Below the pieces are notes generated by a model. It made no database searches, was not told where the DNA came from, and saw nothing but the letters and a program-made list of their open reading frames with translations. Shown one piece after another: positions 1 through 11,500 of a stretch of 64,000 nt of DNA. The translations under genes were made by a program, and so were the position numbers. Location: the IMG/VR virus record IMGVR_UViG_3300028558_000791, positions 310,001 to 374,000 of that record; one strand, 5' to 3'. Every line of letters begins with the position of its first letter. Position 1 is the first letter of the stretch.

Positions 1-2
1 TT

Positions 3-980
3 GCCATTCCATTTGTTTATGATGCTAGTTACTTGAAAACAAGCAGTACAGCAAATGCTGAAAGACCTTTGTTAGAGAAAATTATTAGAGACAGGTTGGC
101 AACACCCAAAGTATCTGATTCTGGTATTTCTGTGGCTGATACGGTTACCTACATACAAGGCAACAAGAACTTACAGGGAATAACCATAGGTGGAACTACT
201 CTTAGCAGTATTTTCAGCGGCAATGTGTATAAGCTATCCCAGCAACAAGCTTTTGCAGAATATCTATCTACTATCCGTTCATTAATGTTTAAACTAGTTG
301 ATTCTATGAGAATCATACATGCTCGACAAGGAAGCTATTACTGGCTACCAATTCCCGCAGTGCGCGGTCCTGAGGGCGGCTGTAGTATACGAGACGTACC
401 ACTCAGCAAGAATATTGACCCGGCTCTATTTACTATCAACGATTTTGACATCATTGAAAAGCAGGCTGGCGTTATTCTATCCAATCTAAACAGCTCATCC
501 GTTCAGCCATCTGTTACTCCAGACGCTGGAAGTTTTGCCTTTTCTAACTACAAGCTGACCTTTGATTCTAGTACCTCAGACTCCCAGGGTAACCTAAGCA
601 CTAGGTCACAAGATACCCTAACCAAAATTAGAACCAAGTCTTTAAAAGAGGCTTCTGAGGCTCTACAGATAATTGAAATGATTATGGGAGAGTTCAGCGG
701 TTTGGGTCTAGCTGATATTATTGCTATTATGGGCGCTCTCTATGTTATGCCGCTCAATGATCCTGATAGCAAAGGCACCGGCAACTTACTGGGATTTTTG
801 GATGATGATGCTGTTGTAAGAGCGGAAGAGATACTTGAACTCCCTGATAAGAGCCTACAGAACGTAAGGTCTGGAATCACTCCAGCGATGACTACTTTGT
901 GCAATACTGTCAATGGCTTTTACCAAATTATGGACCAGATTTTCCAAGACTACTTGAACAATGCTGCTCTCAACCTTTAA
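3..980 (+). CDS. Hypothetical protein, 5'-truncated (probable virion/tail-associated)
   Basis: Frame is open from the window edge (AIPFVYDASYLKTSS...); lies directly upstream of the baseplate genes; no recognisable motif. Confidence 0.6.
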   Translation, partial: AIPFVYDASYLKTSSTANAERPLLEKIIRDRLATPKVSDSGISVADTVTYIQGNKNLQGITIGGTTLSSIFSGNVYKLSQQQAFAEYLSTIRSLMFKLVDSMRIIHARQGSYYWLPIPAVRGPEGGCSIRDVPLSKNIDPALFTINDFDIIEKQAGVILSNLNSSSVQPSVTPDAGSFAFSNYKLTFDSSTSDSQGNLSTRSQDTLTKIRTKSLKEASEALQIIEMIMGEFSGLGLADIIAIMGALYVMPLNDPDSKGTGNLLGFLDDDAVVRAEEILELPDKSLQNVRSGITPAMTTLCNTVNGFYQIMDQIFQDYLNNAALNL

Positions 981-993
981 TCCATTGGATTGC

Positions 994-1009
994 CTAATAA
1001 TTTTGCATT
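994..1009 (+). promoter_or_regulatory. Putative phage (late-type) promoter motif CTAATAATTTTGCATT
   Basis: Intergenic, 16 nt before ATG 1026; resembles motifs at 33258, 36506, 47641(-), 47713 and 54872. Confidence 0.4.
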
Positions 1010-1025
1010 ACAAGGTGGAGCCGGT

Positions 1026-1457
1026 ATGTCTTTTGACCTAAAAATAGTTAACGGGGATTTGGTTGTCAGCCAAAGTGCCCTTCAGACCGTGGAAGATAGC
1101 GAAAAGCTTATCCAAGACATCCTCAAGATTTGCTTGACGGACGTAGGGGGTAATCCCATACATCCGTCATATGGTTCTTTCTTGTCGAGATCAGTAATTG
1201 GGAACGCCCAACAGACTAGTGTAGTTGTGCAAATAGCTAAGTCACAACTCAATACTTGTTTGACGAATTTGCAGTATTTGCAAACCCTACAAATGAAATC
1301 TCTACAAAAAATGACTGCAGATGAGCAACTTGCAGCAATAACAGGTATATCTGTAGTAAGAAGTGCATTTGATCCAAGACTCTTCAACGTTAAAATCAGT
1401 TGTGTGACAAAAGGATTCAAACCAATCACTACTGCTTTTAGTATCTCAACAATTTAA
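1026..1457 (+). CDS. Baseplate wedge protein, gp25/GPW-like
   Basis: DLKIVNGDL...KLIQDILKICLTDVGGNPIHPSYGS pattern typical of gp25-like proteins; GGTGGAG RBS before ATG 1026; precedes the baseplate J-like gene. Confidence 0.75.
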   Translation: MSFDLKIVNGDLVVSQSALQTVEDSEKLIQDILKICLTDVGGNPIHPSYGSFLSRSVIGNAQQTSVVVQIAKSQLNTCLTNLQYLQTLQMKSLQKMTADEQLAAITGISVVRSAFDPRLFNVKISCVTKGFKPITTAFSISTI

Positions 1458-1466
1458 GGATAGCTT

Positions 1467-4400
1467 ATGGTCACAATAAGGTCAGTAAATGAAATTATTG
1501 CCAACCTGATAGACTTTTTCAGAATGGCACAACCTAACCTGGACACTAAACCAGGTACTGTGGCTAGAGATCTGTTTATCGAAGGTCCATCATCTCAATT
1601 ATCCATTCTGTATGATGAGTTACAAGGTGTCTCTAATAAGCAGTCGCTAAGACTATCTATCGGAACAGATTTAGATAAACTGGGCAAAAACTTTGGGTTA
1701 ATTAGAAAGCAGTCTACTCCATCAACAGGTGTGGCTCTATTAACGTTCTCTTCCTTAAATTCCACTATTAATGTCAATAAGGGCTCTTCTATCTTTACAT
1801 CGGGTGGTTTAGGATTCACTGTGGTCAATGGTATTTCTATTGTTCCATCCAATATCAATTTCTATCGCTCAGTCGCCAGTAAGTTCGCTGCCCAACTTGC
1901 TTTCGTAGGAATCACAGACCAATACGCTGTTGAAGTTACGGTTATCGCCTCTGCTCCAGGTTCATCTGGAAACATTGGCCAATATACGCTATCTAAAATC
2001 AGTATACCAGGTATCAGTAATGTAACCAACGTTGCCAGTTTTGCCGGTGGAACTGACCAGGAAACTGATGCGGCCTTTAGAAACCGTGTTCTATCTACAT
2101 TCAGTGGTTCCAGCGTTGGAACTCAACTCGGTTATTTGAACGCAGCTCTAAGTGTGACTGGAGTTCAGGATGCCGTTGTAATTGAGCCAGGCGACCCGCT
2201 AATGACTCGTGATGGCACTGTAACAGAAACCATCAATGGCGTCTTAACAATCGTTTCAGAGGGTTCTGGAGGTAAAGTAGATATAGCAGTTTTAGGAACT
2301 AACGATGTTGCTAATACTGACACTTTTATTTATCAAGATAAAAGTAATAATAACGATCCTACTAACTCCAAAAATGACTTTGTGCTAGGCCAAATTATTG
2401 CAGATGCTAATTTAAGTGTTTCTCAAAAGAGAGTTAAAGACATAAAGAATGGCCAGCTCCCTGCCCAACCAGTAGATTCTATTATTCAGGTAACTGGCTC
2501 AATCAGTGGTTCTAACTTTATTCCATACTCAGTAGATCAATATGGTCGTGGCTCAGGTAACTATCAACTACAGAAAGATACTGGAGTTTATGGTGGTAGC
2601 CCATTCGGATTCGATACTTTCATTTGGAAGAACAATCAAATTGAATTCCAAGAAGATTTAATCAAGGGTCAGACTAACGGTCAAGATCCAACTACATTTA
2701 CTGAAGTACAACAAATTACCGATGCTCAGCAGCAGTTGGGCGTAACAAATGAAAATAGCACTGTAACTAGCGACCGCACTATCATTCAGTTACTACATAC
2801 TCCAGCCACTAACGTCACCAGAGTCTTCAATACAAATACTGGAGAAAGATATCTAATCACCAATCAGAATTTTGATAATACCGCCCCATTTAACACAACT
2901 GGTAGAATTAAAATTTCCGGTAACACATTACCTTCCCCTAGCGATATTCTTCAGGTAGATTATACTTGGGTTGTAGATTATGATAGATATTCTGATTTCG
3001 ACGGATTGCTTGACACTCAAAATCCAAGAACTGTTACTGATAGTATAGATTGGGGATATCCTTCTGCTATTAAGAGTGAATTTGTTGATTTTACTTTAAG
3101 TCCAGGAAATAACTTTTACGTAGGAACTGCATCCCATCCGGTTGATACTGTCATTTCAACTAATAGTTATCTGCAAGTAGATGGATATGTGCAAATAATT
3201 AAGTCTGGAGCCTTCGTCAATAGACTATCAGTAGTAGTAAGTAACTTAGAGAGTCCTACTACATCAGTAGATAGTATCGTTTGGAAAAACAACGGCACAG
3301 AACTATACAAGACTGCCCAAAATGATGGTTCCTTCTCTAATTTAGCCGGAGTAGTTGGAATTGATATTGTGTATACCACAACTATCATTTTGCCAACTGA
3401 TTCAGCCGCTCAGATAGGAGATAGGGTTTCTATCTACATGAACCTTAATAATATCTTCCAGTCCGGTGCCCTACAAGGTAGCAGTAACGGAGCGCAGATA
3501 ACGATACCATCTTTGTTGGTAGGTTCATCTACTGATAGAATTAACCTAAGAGTAACATACATTGCCAATGTCAATGATCTATTCTCTTCAGCAATTACTT
3601 CCCTTCCAACTAGCAGAGTTGGTAATGGTTATGCCCTTTCCACTAACAGTGGATTCAATAACTTTAGCATTGTCAATGTATCTAGACGTGAGAATCAGAT
3701 TGTTCAGCTCAATCTAAGCAATCAATTTTTCGTAGAACTAAATCTACCAAGCTCTGATTACAATTTGGATGCCGATAAGGTTCTTTCGGTAGTCAGATTG
3801 TCTGACGGCAAGGAACTATGGAATGCTGATCATGAAGGTCAAGCTACCGTTGGAACAGATGGTAATTACCAGCTCATACTAACAGGATTCAATACTCCTG
3901 TCACGGCTGACCGTGTGTTGATAATCTATTATGCTGACGACCTACGTCGCTTCCAGCCATTCAGTTTTGGCAACCAAATCATCAAGACTAAAATCAATAA
4001 TCTAGGTGTAGACCCTATTAGTAAGAACTTCACAGTTCCATTGATTGAGCTAACTGCTCAAGCTAGCGGATTGAATTTCGAAGTAGTTGAGCAAAACAGT
4101 GATACGGTTCTTTTCAATGTATTGGATGGATACCTAACTCCAATCAGCGCTACTCAAGCTAATCTAAATAGCTTAACTGTTAACTTTTCTAGTCTCCCAG
4201 ATTTGACAAACAAGCGTATTAAAATTACGGGAGCTATTGCTCCAAATAATGACGGGTATTATGATATCATCGATTATAATGTGATGACCAATAATATCAC
4301 CATCACCAACATACTAGATCATATTACCGCGAATCAAATTTCCATAGTAAGAGTATTGGATGGTAAAGAGTTATGGAACTATAGTGGCACTATTGATCAA

Positions 4401-5561
4401 GCAAATAATAGGTTGATCATCCCTAAAACTTCCAATGCTGTAGCTAATGACTTAGTTTATGTTATGTTTTTCAACTACAATAACCTAAGAAAAGCGCCAA
4501 CTAGAATCGTAGGAACCATTGTTGACCAAGTTGTCAATGTAGGAGTTATCTCTGTTATTGGAACTAGCATGGCTCTGGCGTCTGATGTTATCTTCACGGC
4601 CACGAGCACTGGCCTCCAGCAGAATTTACAAGAAGCTTTGCGCAAGGCTTTGGGTCTCAGCTCCACAGCCAGCATTCCGTCTACTATAAAGATTGCTAAG
4701 GTTGTTAAGGCTGAGAAGGTTCAGACATTCTCCGCCGGAAGCGATATTGTTACCAGCGTATTGTCTACGTTTGATGTAATTGGAACCACAATTGCTAACA
4801 ATCTATATTTTGCAGATACTATGCAATCCAATCCATTGTTACCAAATCTAGATTTCGTTCTTCCAGCTACCACTAATAATACTTTGACTGGTTCGAATAA
4901 TAACCTACCAACTGTAGGAGATTTGATTAGAGTATCTTTCTATTACACAACTGATAATGACTCTGAAAATCTGTCATATACTCGAATTGGTTCGTTATAT
5001 ACAAATAAGAAGTTCGCGTTGATTAACCAGATTTATGTGAATAGCGGATTTCAAGCGTCTCAGGCTACCAAGTTTAGCGCTACCTCATTTACCAAGCCAA
5101 GTGTCGGTGCCAGATATACAACCTTCTACAATTATCTTGCTCCAAAACAAAATGAAAGAATTCTGATACAGTATAACTATAACAAACTGATCTCAGATAC
5201 TACCTTCACAATTGAAGGAAGCCGCCCTATCAATGCTGACGTGTTAGTCAGATCCGCTAAGTTGATTCTAATTGACCTAACTATGAACGTAGTTATCAAC
5301 CAGAATTTCTTAACGACCTCCGCTACCGTTCTGCAGAACCTGCGTAATCAAATGGTAGCTGCCTTAACTACCACACAGCTAGGTCAAACTATAGACCAAA
5401 TAACGTTAATCAATATAGCTCAAGGCGTACAGGGTATAGATAGGGCAAGAATACTCTTCTTCAACGTAACCGGACTACCAGGTCAAGTACTTAGTATCGT
5501 TGCTAACGAAGACCAATACTTCCAGTCCAATAGCATCACCATAAACACTGAAACAAGATGA
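1467..5561 (+). CDS. Baseplate J/gp47-like protein, greatly enlarged (1364 aa)
   Basis: N-terminal DTKPGTVARDL, GTDLDKLGKNFGLIRK and GGTDQETDAAFRNR motifs; C-terminal LINIAQGVQGID; long beta-rich central insert. Confidence 0.8.
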   Translation: MVTIRSVNEIIANLIDFFRMAQPNLDTKPGTVARDLFIEGPSSQLSILYDELQGVSNKQSLRLSIGTDLDKLGKNFGLIRKQSTPSTGVALLTFSSLNSTINVNKGSSIFTSGGLGFTVVNGISIVPSNINFYRSVASKFAAQLAFVGITDQYAVEVTVIASAPGSSGNIGQYTLSKISIPGISNVTNVASFAGGTDQETDAAFRNRVLSTFSGSSVGTQLGYLNAALSVTGVQDAVVIEPGDPLMTRDGTVTETINGVLTIVSEGSGGKVDIAVLGTNDVANTDTFIYQDKSNNNDPTNSKNDFVLGQIIADANLSVSQKRVKDIKNGQLPAQPVDSIIQVTGSISGSNFIPYSVDQYGRGSGNYQLQKDTGVYGGSPFGFDTFIWKNNQIEFQEDLIKGQTNGQDPTTFTEVQQITDAQQQLGVTNENSTVTSDRTIIQLLHTPATNVTRVFNTNTGERYLITNQNFDNTAPFNTTGRIKISGNTLPSPSDILQVDYTWVVDYDRYSDFDGLLDTQNPRTVTDSIDWGYPSAIKSEFVDFTLSPGNNFYVGTASHPVDTVISTNSYLQVDGYVQIIKSGAFVNRLSVVVSNLESPTTSVDSIVWKNNGTELYKTAQNDGSFSNLAGVVGIDIVYTTTIILPTDSAAQIGDRVSIYMNLNNIFQSGALQGSSNGAQITIPSLLVGSSTDRINLRVTYIANVNDLFSSAITSLPTSRVGNGYALSTNSGFNNFSIVNVSRRENQIVQLNLSNQFFVELNLPSSDYNLDADKVLSVVRLSDGKELWNADHEGQATVGTDGNYQLILTGFNTPVTADRVLIIYYADDLRRFQPFSFGNQIIKTKINNLGVDPISKNFTVPLIELTAQASGLNFEVVEQNSDTVLFNVLDGYLTPISATQANLNSLTVNFSSLPDLTNKRIKITGAIAPNNDGYYDIIDYNVMTNNITITNILDHITANQISIVRVLDGKELWNYSGTIDQANNRLIIPKTSNAVANDLVYVMFFNYNNLRKAPTRIVGTIVDQVVNVGVISVIGTSMALASDVIFTATSTGLQQNLQEALRKALGLSSTASIPSTIKIAKVVKAEKVQTFSAGSDIVTSVLSTFDVIGTTIANNLYFADTMQSNPLLPNLDFVLPATTNNTLTGSNNNLPTVGDLIRVSFYYTTDNDSENLSYTRIGSLYTNKKFALINQIYVNSGFQASQATKFSATSFTKPSVGARYTTFYNYLAPKQNERILIQYNYNKLISDTTFTIEGSRPINADVLVRSAKLILIDLTMNVVINQNFLTTSATVLQNLRNQMVAALTTTQLGQTIDQITLINIAQGVQGIDRARILFFNVTGLPGQVLSIVANEDQYFQSNSITINTETR

Positions 5562-8500
5562 TAGCAACTCTTAGAGTCGTCAATTTAGCTATAAACAGCA
5601 GCACTAGTATAGATGTTTCATTTACAGAAGCATTGACTGGTGATCTTGTGACTGGTAACGTCTCTATTCTTTCGCAGACCGAAAATGTTCCCAACTCAGA
5701 AGTTCTACAGATTTCTGTAAATGGAAATGTTCTTTCTATTACCTGCCAACCCCTCACACCATATTCGGCATTCTACTTACAGTTTCAATCTACCCCTGGT
5801 AATCCATTTATTTCTCTAAATGGAGACGCTAAAATTTCTGAGGATGGCGTCTCCAATAGGATGATTATTATTGGTCCATTACCATCTGACAATCCTGTTA
5901 ATGACTATCTACAGTCATTTTACCAAAACAACATTTACAAAACTAGTGATACCACAACGGTTGTAAATAAGTACATTCAATCTATTGCCGTTAATTTTGC
6001 TAGAGCATTATATGATATTAGGCAGCTTGGAAATGAGAACTATCTCTCATTTACCATAGTAGATGAAGTACACACAAAGGGAGAAACTCCTTTTGAAAGA
6101 CTATATGAAGAGGGAGCCTATGATGTATTTAGATTAGGTTTCGGTCTTTCAGAGGCGCCCGTATCTACTACATTTGTTTTTGATAGTTTTCCATCTTATC
6201 CAGTTACTTTGCAAAGACAATTGGTAACTGAGATTATTAAAGCTTCTTCTAACGATACTGATGGTACTTTTAATATCAATACTCTTGTTTTCAATCTAAG
6301 TAACAAGCCAGTTACTAGGGTAAATAGCATCACATTTACTTTAACTACTGCAGACCCAGTATTCGTTTACGATATTGATAAGCTCGGATACCAGATTCTA
6401 AATTCTACTTTTGACCAGGATTTTGCCTCTAGCTATTTGCTATTAGAAGACAACCAAGTCAAAATAAATGAGTCCATTCTAAGCGATCCTAATTTCTCTT
6501 TGGATCAGATATTCCATATTGTAATTGAGTACGAGTACAAAGGTTTAGGAATTCAAGTAGATCCTACTACGGTAAATACATTTGCGACCCTACAATCTGT
6601 TAGAGAAGTTCTACCTCCTATTATCAACATCTTCAGTTTAAAGCATGCTCCTATAACTGATGCATCTAATAATACTGTAACAACAGGCGGAGTATTTTTC
6701 ATAGATCCAAATTCTGGAACTGGTACTCCACATCCTGCATTCATGGTTGAAATACCATTCAGCCTCAGCGGTTTGCCATCCTCTCCAGGAGTTTACTCTA
6801 TAGACTATTCTACTGGAACTGTTTATGTATATGGTGCAAATAGCGATAATGATGGTACTGGACCGTCACCCCCACTAGCTACATACTACTATAAGTTTAC
6901 ATTCACTCCAGACATAGATTACGTTTATGATTCTGATTTGCTAGAATTGGTTGCATTACCATTAGGTAATTTGATTGACCAGGCTGGCACCATTGCATTC
7001 AATTATGAGCAAGTTTTAATTCCAGGCGTAGACTATGTTGCAGACACTCACATTGAGTCTATCAATGAAAGAATTGGCAATAAACTAAACGCCCTCAACT
7101 CTCTTACAACTCTACATTCACCAATCACTAATGTGTTTCAAATTTTCAACGAAACATCTGGTGAAATATACATTCTAGATAGATGGAATGATGACACTGT
7201 TTATTTCAGATTCAACAGCCCTCCAAGAGTATTAAACCAAATCGGAGAGAACTCTAAATTCTTCACGGTTACTAATGAGCTATTGGGAATTAATACTACT
7301 ACTACGAATGCTAATAACCTACGTATTTTCGTTATCCTATTAGCAAACAACACAATCATCAATTCATCACAAGATGGTATTGGTGCTTCGTTCAATACTA
7401 GTCTACAGTTCACGAATGGTAATGTTTTCAATAGAGAGCTGTGGTTTGACCAAGAATTCACTGCCGGTTTCAATGTAGATAGAATACAGGTTCCTGGTGA
7501 GTATGTTGTTGACTATAAGAATGGAGTTGTATACGTTGCAGTATCTTCAACCCAGAGTAATGACATTGGTACAGTTACGTACAAGAAAAACAGTATAGTT
7601 CCAAGTTTCCCACATGTCATTAGTGTAGATGATATCTATAACCGTATCAGCGTCCTAAATCCTAAGAACAAGCAGTTCTCATACTTATCATTCGGTGATG
7701 GATTCATAGTCCCACAGAATTTAGATATCTCTGATGAGGCTTTCCTTAATGGAGTTACATCATCTCCATATCAGATTTTCCAAAATCAGGTTGGGGCATT
7801 TGTACAATCCACATTCGTAAATGGCGTAACCAATGCCGTTAAGTATGTAAGAAGTGTTTATGAATTTAACGATCTAACTAACAGTAGCAACCCAATCAAT
7901 TTTGGAATTGTAAGTACTAGTAGTAATTTTAACATCACTGTTGGTTCAATCAATAGACAATCTTTTGAGAGCGTGCAGTTTGATGGTTCTAATTATTTCA
8001 TTACACTTAACGAAAACATACCATATCTTTCTCCAGGAATTACATTCACATTTGATGTGGTAAGAACATCTGATTTGCAACCACTATGGAATGGATCTGG
8101 AACTGTTGTACCGGGTAATCCACTCAAACTAATTCTTCCTGGCATTGGATCTCCTCAAATTGGAGATTTGGTAAAAGTAACTTACTCATTCTCAATTGTA
8201 CCATTAGAAAGAGTGATTGTAGATTATAATAAGGGAGATTTCTTTACTGACTATACGTATGTTGCCGATGAAATTCTAGTTAGTTACGAATATGGAGATA
8301 ACGTAATTGACTTCCGTAAGAATTTGAATTTGCCAACCGGCTCAAACTACTATGTATCTTACAAGGCTGGAGCGCTCCGTGATGCCCTTCTCAGGAACTT
8401 CGGAACATTGGTAAACGTTCCCGACTTATCTACTTTTGATTTGAGTTTGGATAGAGAAAGATACCGCGATGCCTTGTATGCCGCGCTTTCATCTTTTATT

Positions 8501-11500
8501 CAAGGACCAACCGTTGCTGCTATCAAGAACATTGGACAAGTTATTACACATGTTGAACCTGAGGTAATTGAATCGGCATTTGAAATCTGGTCATTAGGTA
8601 GCAGCCTATTGTTCCCAGTTAGTGTGCAAACTACTGGAAGCTTCCAGCTCTTACCAGCTCACTATGGTAATGGAGTGCTCATTGATCAGCCAGAACAAAC
8701 TATTACTATGCCTGTTAATTCAAACTTACGTTTGGAAGAAGGCACATTTGAAACTTGGGTACTACCACAATGGAACGGCTTAGATAATGATGCCTCATTG
8801 GCATTCCATATAACTAGAGATGGTTATGCTATAGATCCGTATAGACTATTTATCGGAGGATCAGAGTATCATCCAGAATTAGATGGTAAGTATAACTTCA
8901 CACTAAATAAGCAGTCAAATGTTACAGGTCGTCCTAATAGGAATAAAGACGGTATTTTCATCTATTATGATAAAGATATCTCTGGCAGCTTCTACCGTTG
9001 GTATGTGGAAGTTATCGATGGATATGTGGCTCCTGACAATCATATTTACCAATTCCAGATTTTCTCCTCAGGTAAATTCTACGATGTTAAACCTATTGGT
9101 GGGGTTAAGCCATCTAATATGAGTACCTTCACTGGTACTAGTAAAGTTAATCTAACCATTAGACCATCATTTGATGGATATGGAATTGATGAAGGTATTA
9201 CTTTTGTTTCTGATGTTGAGCATTACATTTTGGACTTTGGTTTGACCAAAGATTCCAATAGACTTTCTATTTTCAAAGATGTAAGTGGATACATGAACTT
9301 CCGAGTTTATGATAGAGACCACAAGATGTATACTATTAGTGCCGATGTATCATCTTGGAAAAATAACGTACCTCACATGGTAGCAGCTTCTTGGAAGTTG
9401 AATACTAAGAACAATCGTGATGAGATGCATTTGTTCATTGATGGGTTGGAAGTTCCAAATATCATCAAGTACGGACAGAAACTACAGCCGTATCTACATG
9501 AGAAATTTAGAACTGTTAACCCAGAAGAAATAGTGGGTCTAGCAACTCGCGATATCGTTGGTTCAACAGATTTGGCCACTTTAGAAGGTTCTACTCTAGT
9601 TACATCGAGTATCAACTTTAGTGATTTTAAAGTGTTCATTGGAGATACTATCTTCATTAACGAAAATGGATTTTCTCCGGTTGGATATACGATTATCAAT
9701 ATCAATGGCCAATCATTAACTCTAAATTCGGCGATGCCTGTCACTATGAATGGTGGTAGATTCTCTGTTAATCAGACTGAGTTCCCAGTTTCATCTGAGA
9801 TTAACATTGCTCCAAATATCGCAGTAACTACAGTACATACATTTGCTACCGGCACTGATCTAACTACAATCTCGGGATCTGCTACAGTAACATCTGTTGG
9901 AACTAACTTTAGTGCGTTGGGCGTCAAACCAGGCTTCATACTAAGAATAGATAATTCTTCTTTTGCTCTAACCTATAGCATTGTTCAAGTAAGTGGTAAT
10001 TCACTCACCATTACCGATCCATCTCCACTAAGTCTATCTGGAGTTACTTTCCAGATCTACTCAAATGTAGAGAACGAAATTCCTGGTGTTAGGGCGCTTC
10101 ATCCAGCCTACAGCATTACTCAAGATGCTAATTTCAATAATATTTTGACTGTATCAAATGATGTTTTTGCTAACGATCTAATCCTAATTAGAACGCTCGG
10201 CTTAAACTTTAAGGATATCAAAAAACAATATTATGTTTGGAGTTCTCAGATAGAGAACGTTCTACAGACTCAATTGCCTCCACCAATCAATTTGGACCAG
10301 GCCAACATCACTAGAATTATTACACCAACCACTGCTATTGGTCCAGCTAATTCTACTTTAATGGCAGGCGTATTTGTTTCTAACTATCTACCAACAGCAA
10401 AACCATCTAATGCTCAAGTTGGTAGAACTATACAAGCTACTATTAGCGGTACTAACGTTGATTTCTCTGTGCCAGTACAAGTTACTATTAATGGTATTTC
10501 AGGCATTAATACAATCAATGAGACTATTACATTTACTAACTATGGTACTCTAGATTTTACTAACACTTTTGTTACAGTTAACTACGTATGGGTTAATGTT
10601 AAACCAGTCAATGCAAGTAAAAATGCATTAGCATTAGAGTTGAGAGAAAAATACCCAATGACTCATGGCGAGTCCAGTGGTCTAGTTCCAGTTATTAGAT
10701 ATAGCTATCATATCAATGGAGGTTATACTCTAGGCGGTAATGGTATTGATAATACAGTAACCGATCTAAACAATACGTTTAGTGCGCTGGATATCAACAA
10801 CTATTTGATTATCCATTCGCCACCAACTGTAGCTGGATTCTATTTGATTACCGGGCTATCTACTGATAGACACTCAATAACTATTCAGCCAACTGCCGCA
10901 TCTTTCTCAGTGCCACTACCTTATTTTGCTAACGGAGCATACCAGGTACTAAACACTACGCAATATCGTAGCGGCTTGCAAAACGGATATTTTACTCTAG
11001 AAGCTGGAGTTCTTCCAGGTCAACAGTATTTCCTTGACCAAGGATTCTATGAACTAGAGTACTCTACTTACGCTAGAATTAAGTTTGATGCTCTTAACAC
11101 CAAGATGTATATCGGAAGTGATTTCCAGGGACATAGTCAAGCAAATTCTATTATCGACCAAGCAACTATCTACTCAATCATGTTGACCGATACTAGAGTT
11201 GGTGAAGTAATTGCCCTACACAAACATTCTGTCACCAAAGATTTCAACTCTCTAAGGCCACCTAAAGCAGACTCTAATACGTTAGCGCTGATTGACTTTG
11301 ATACTTATCCATTTACTAATGATGCCAGCTTTTATGCTAGCACCAACAATGACCATAAACATTTCCAATCAGATTTTACGGTTAATGATAACTTCAGTCA
11401 GAGCTTGGTAATCTTGGATGAGCCGCTAGTTTTATCTAACGATGGAATATTGGATACTAGACATCAAGGAACTATTGAATTCTGGATGAGTCCAATATTC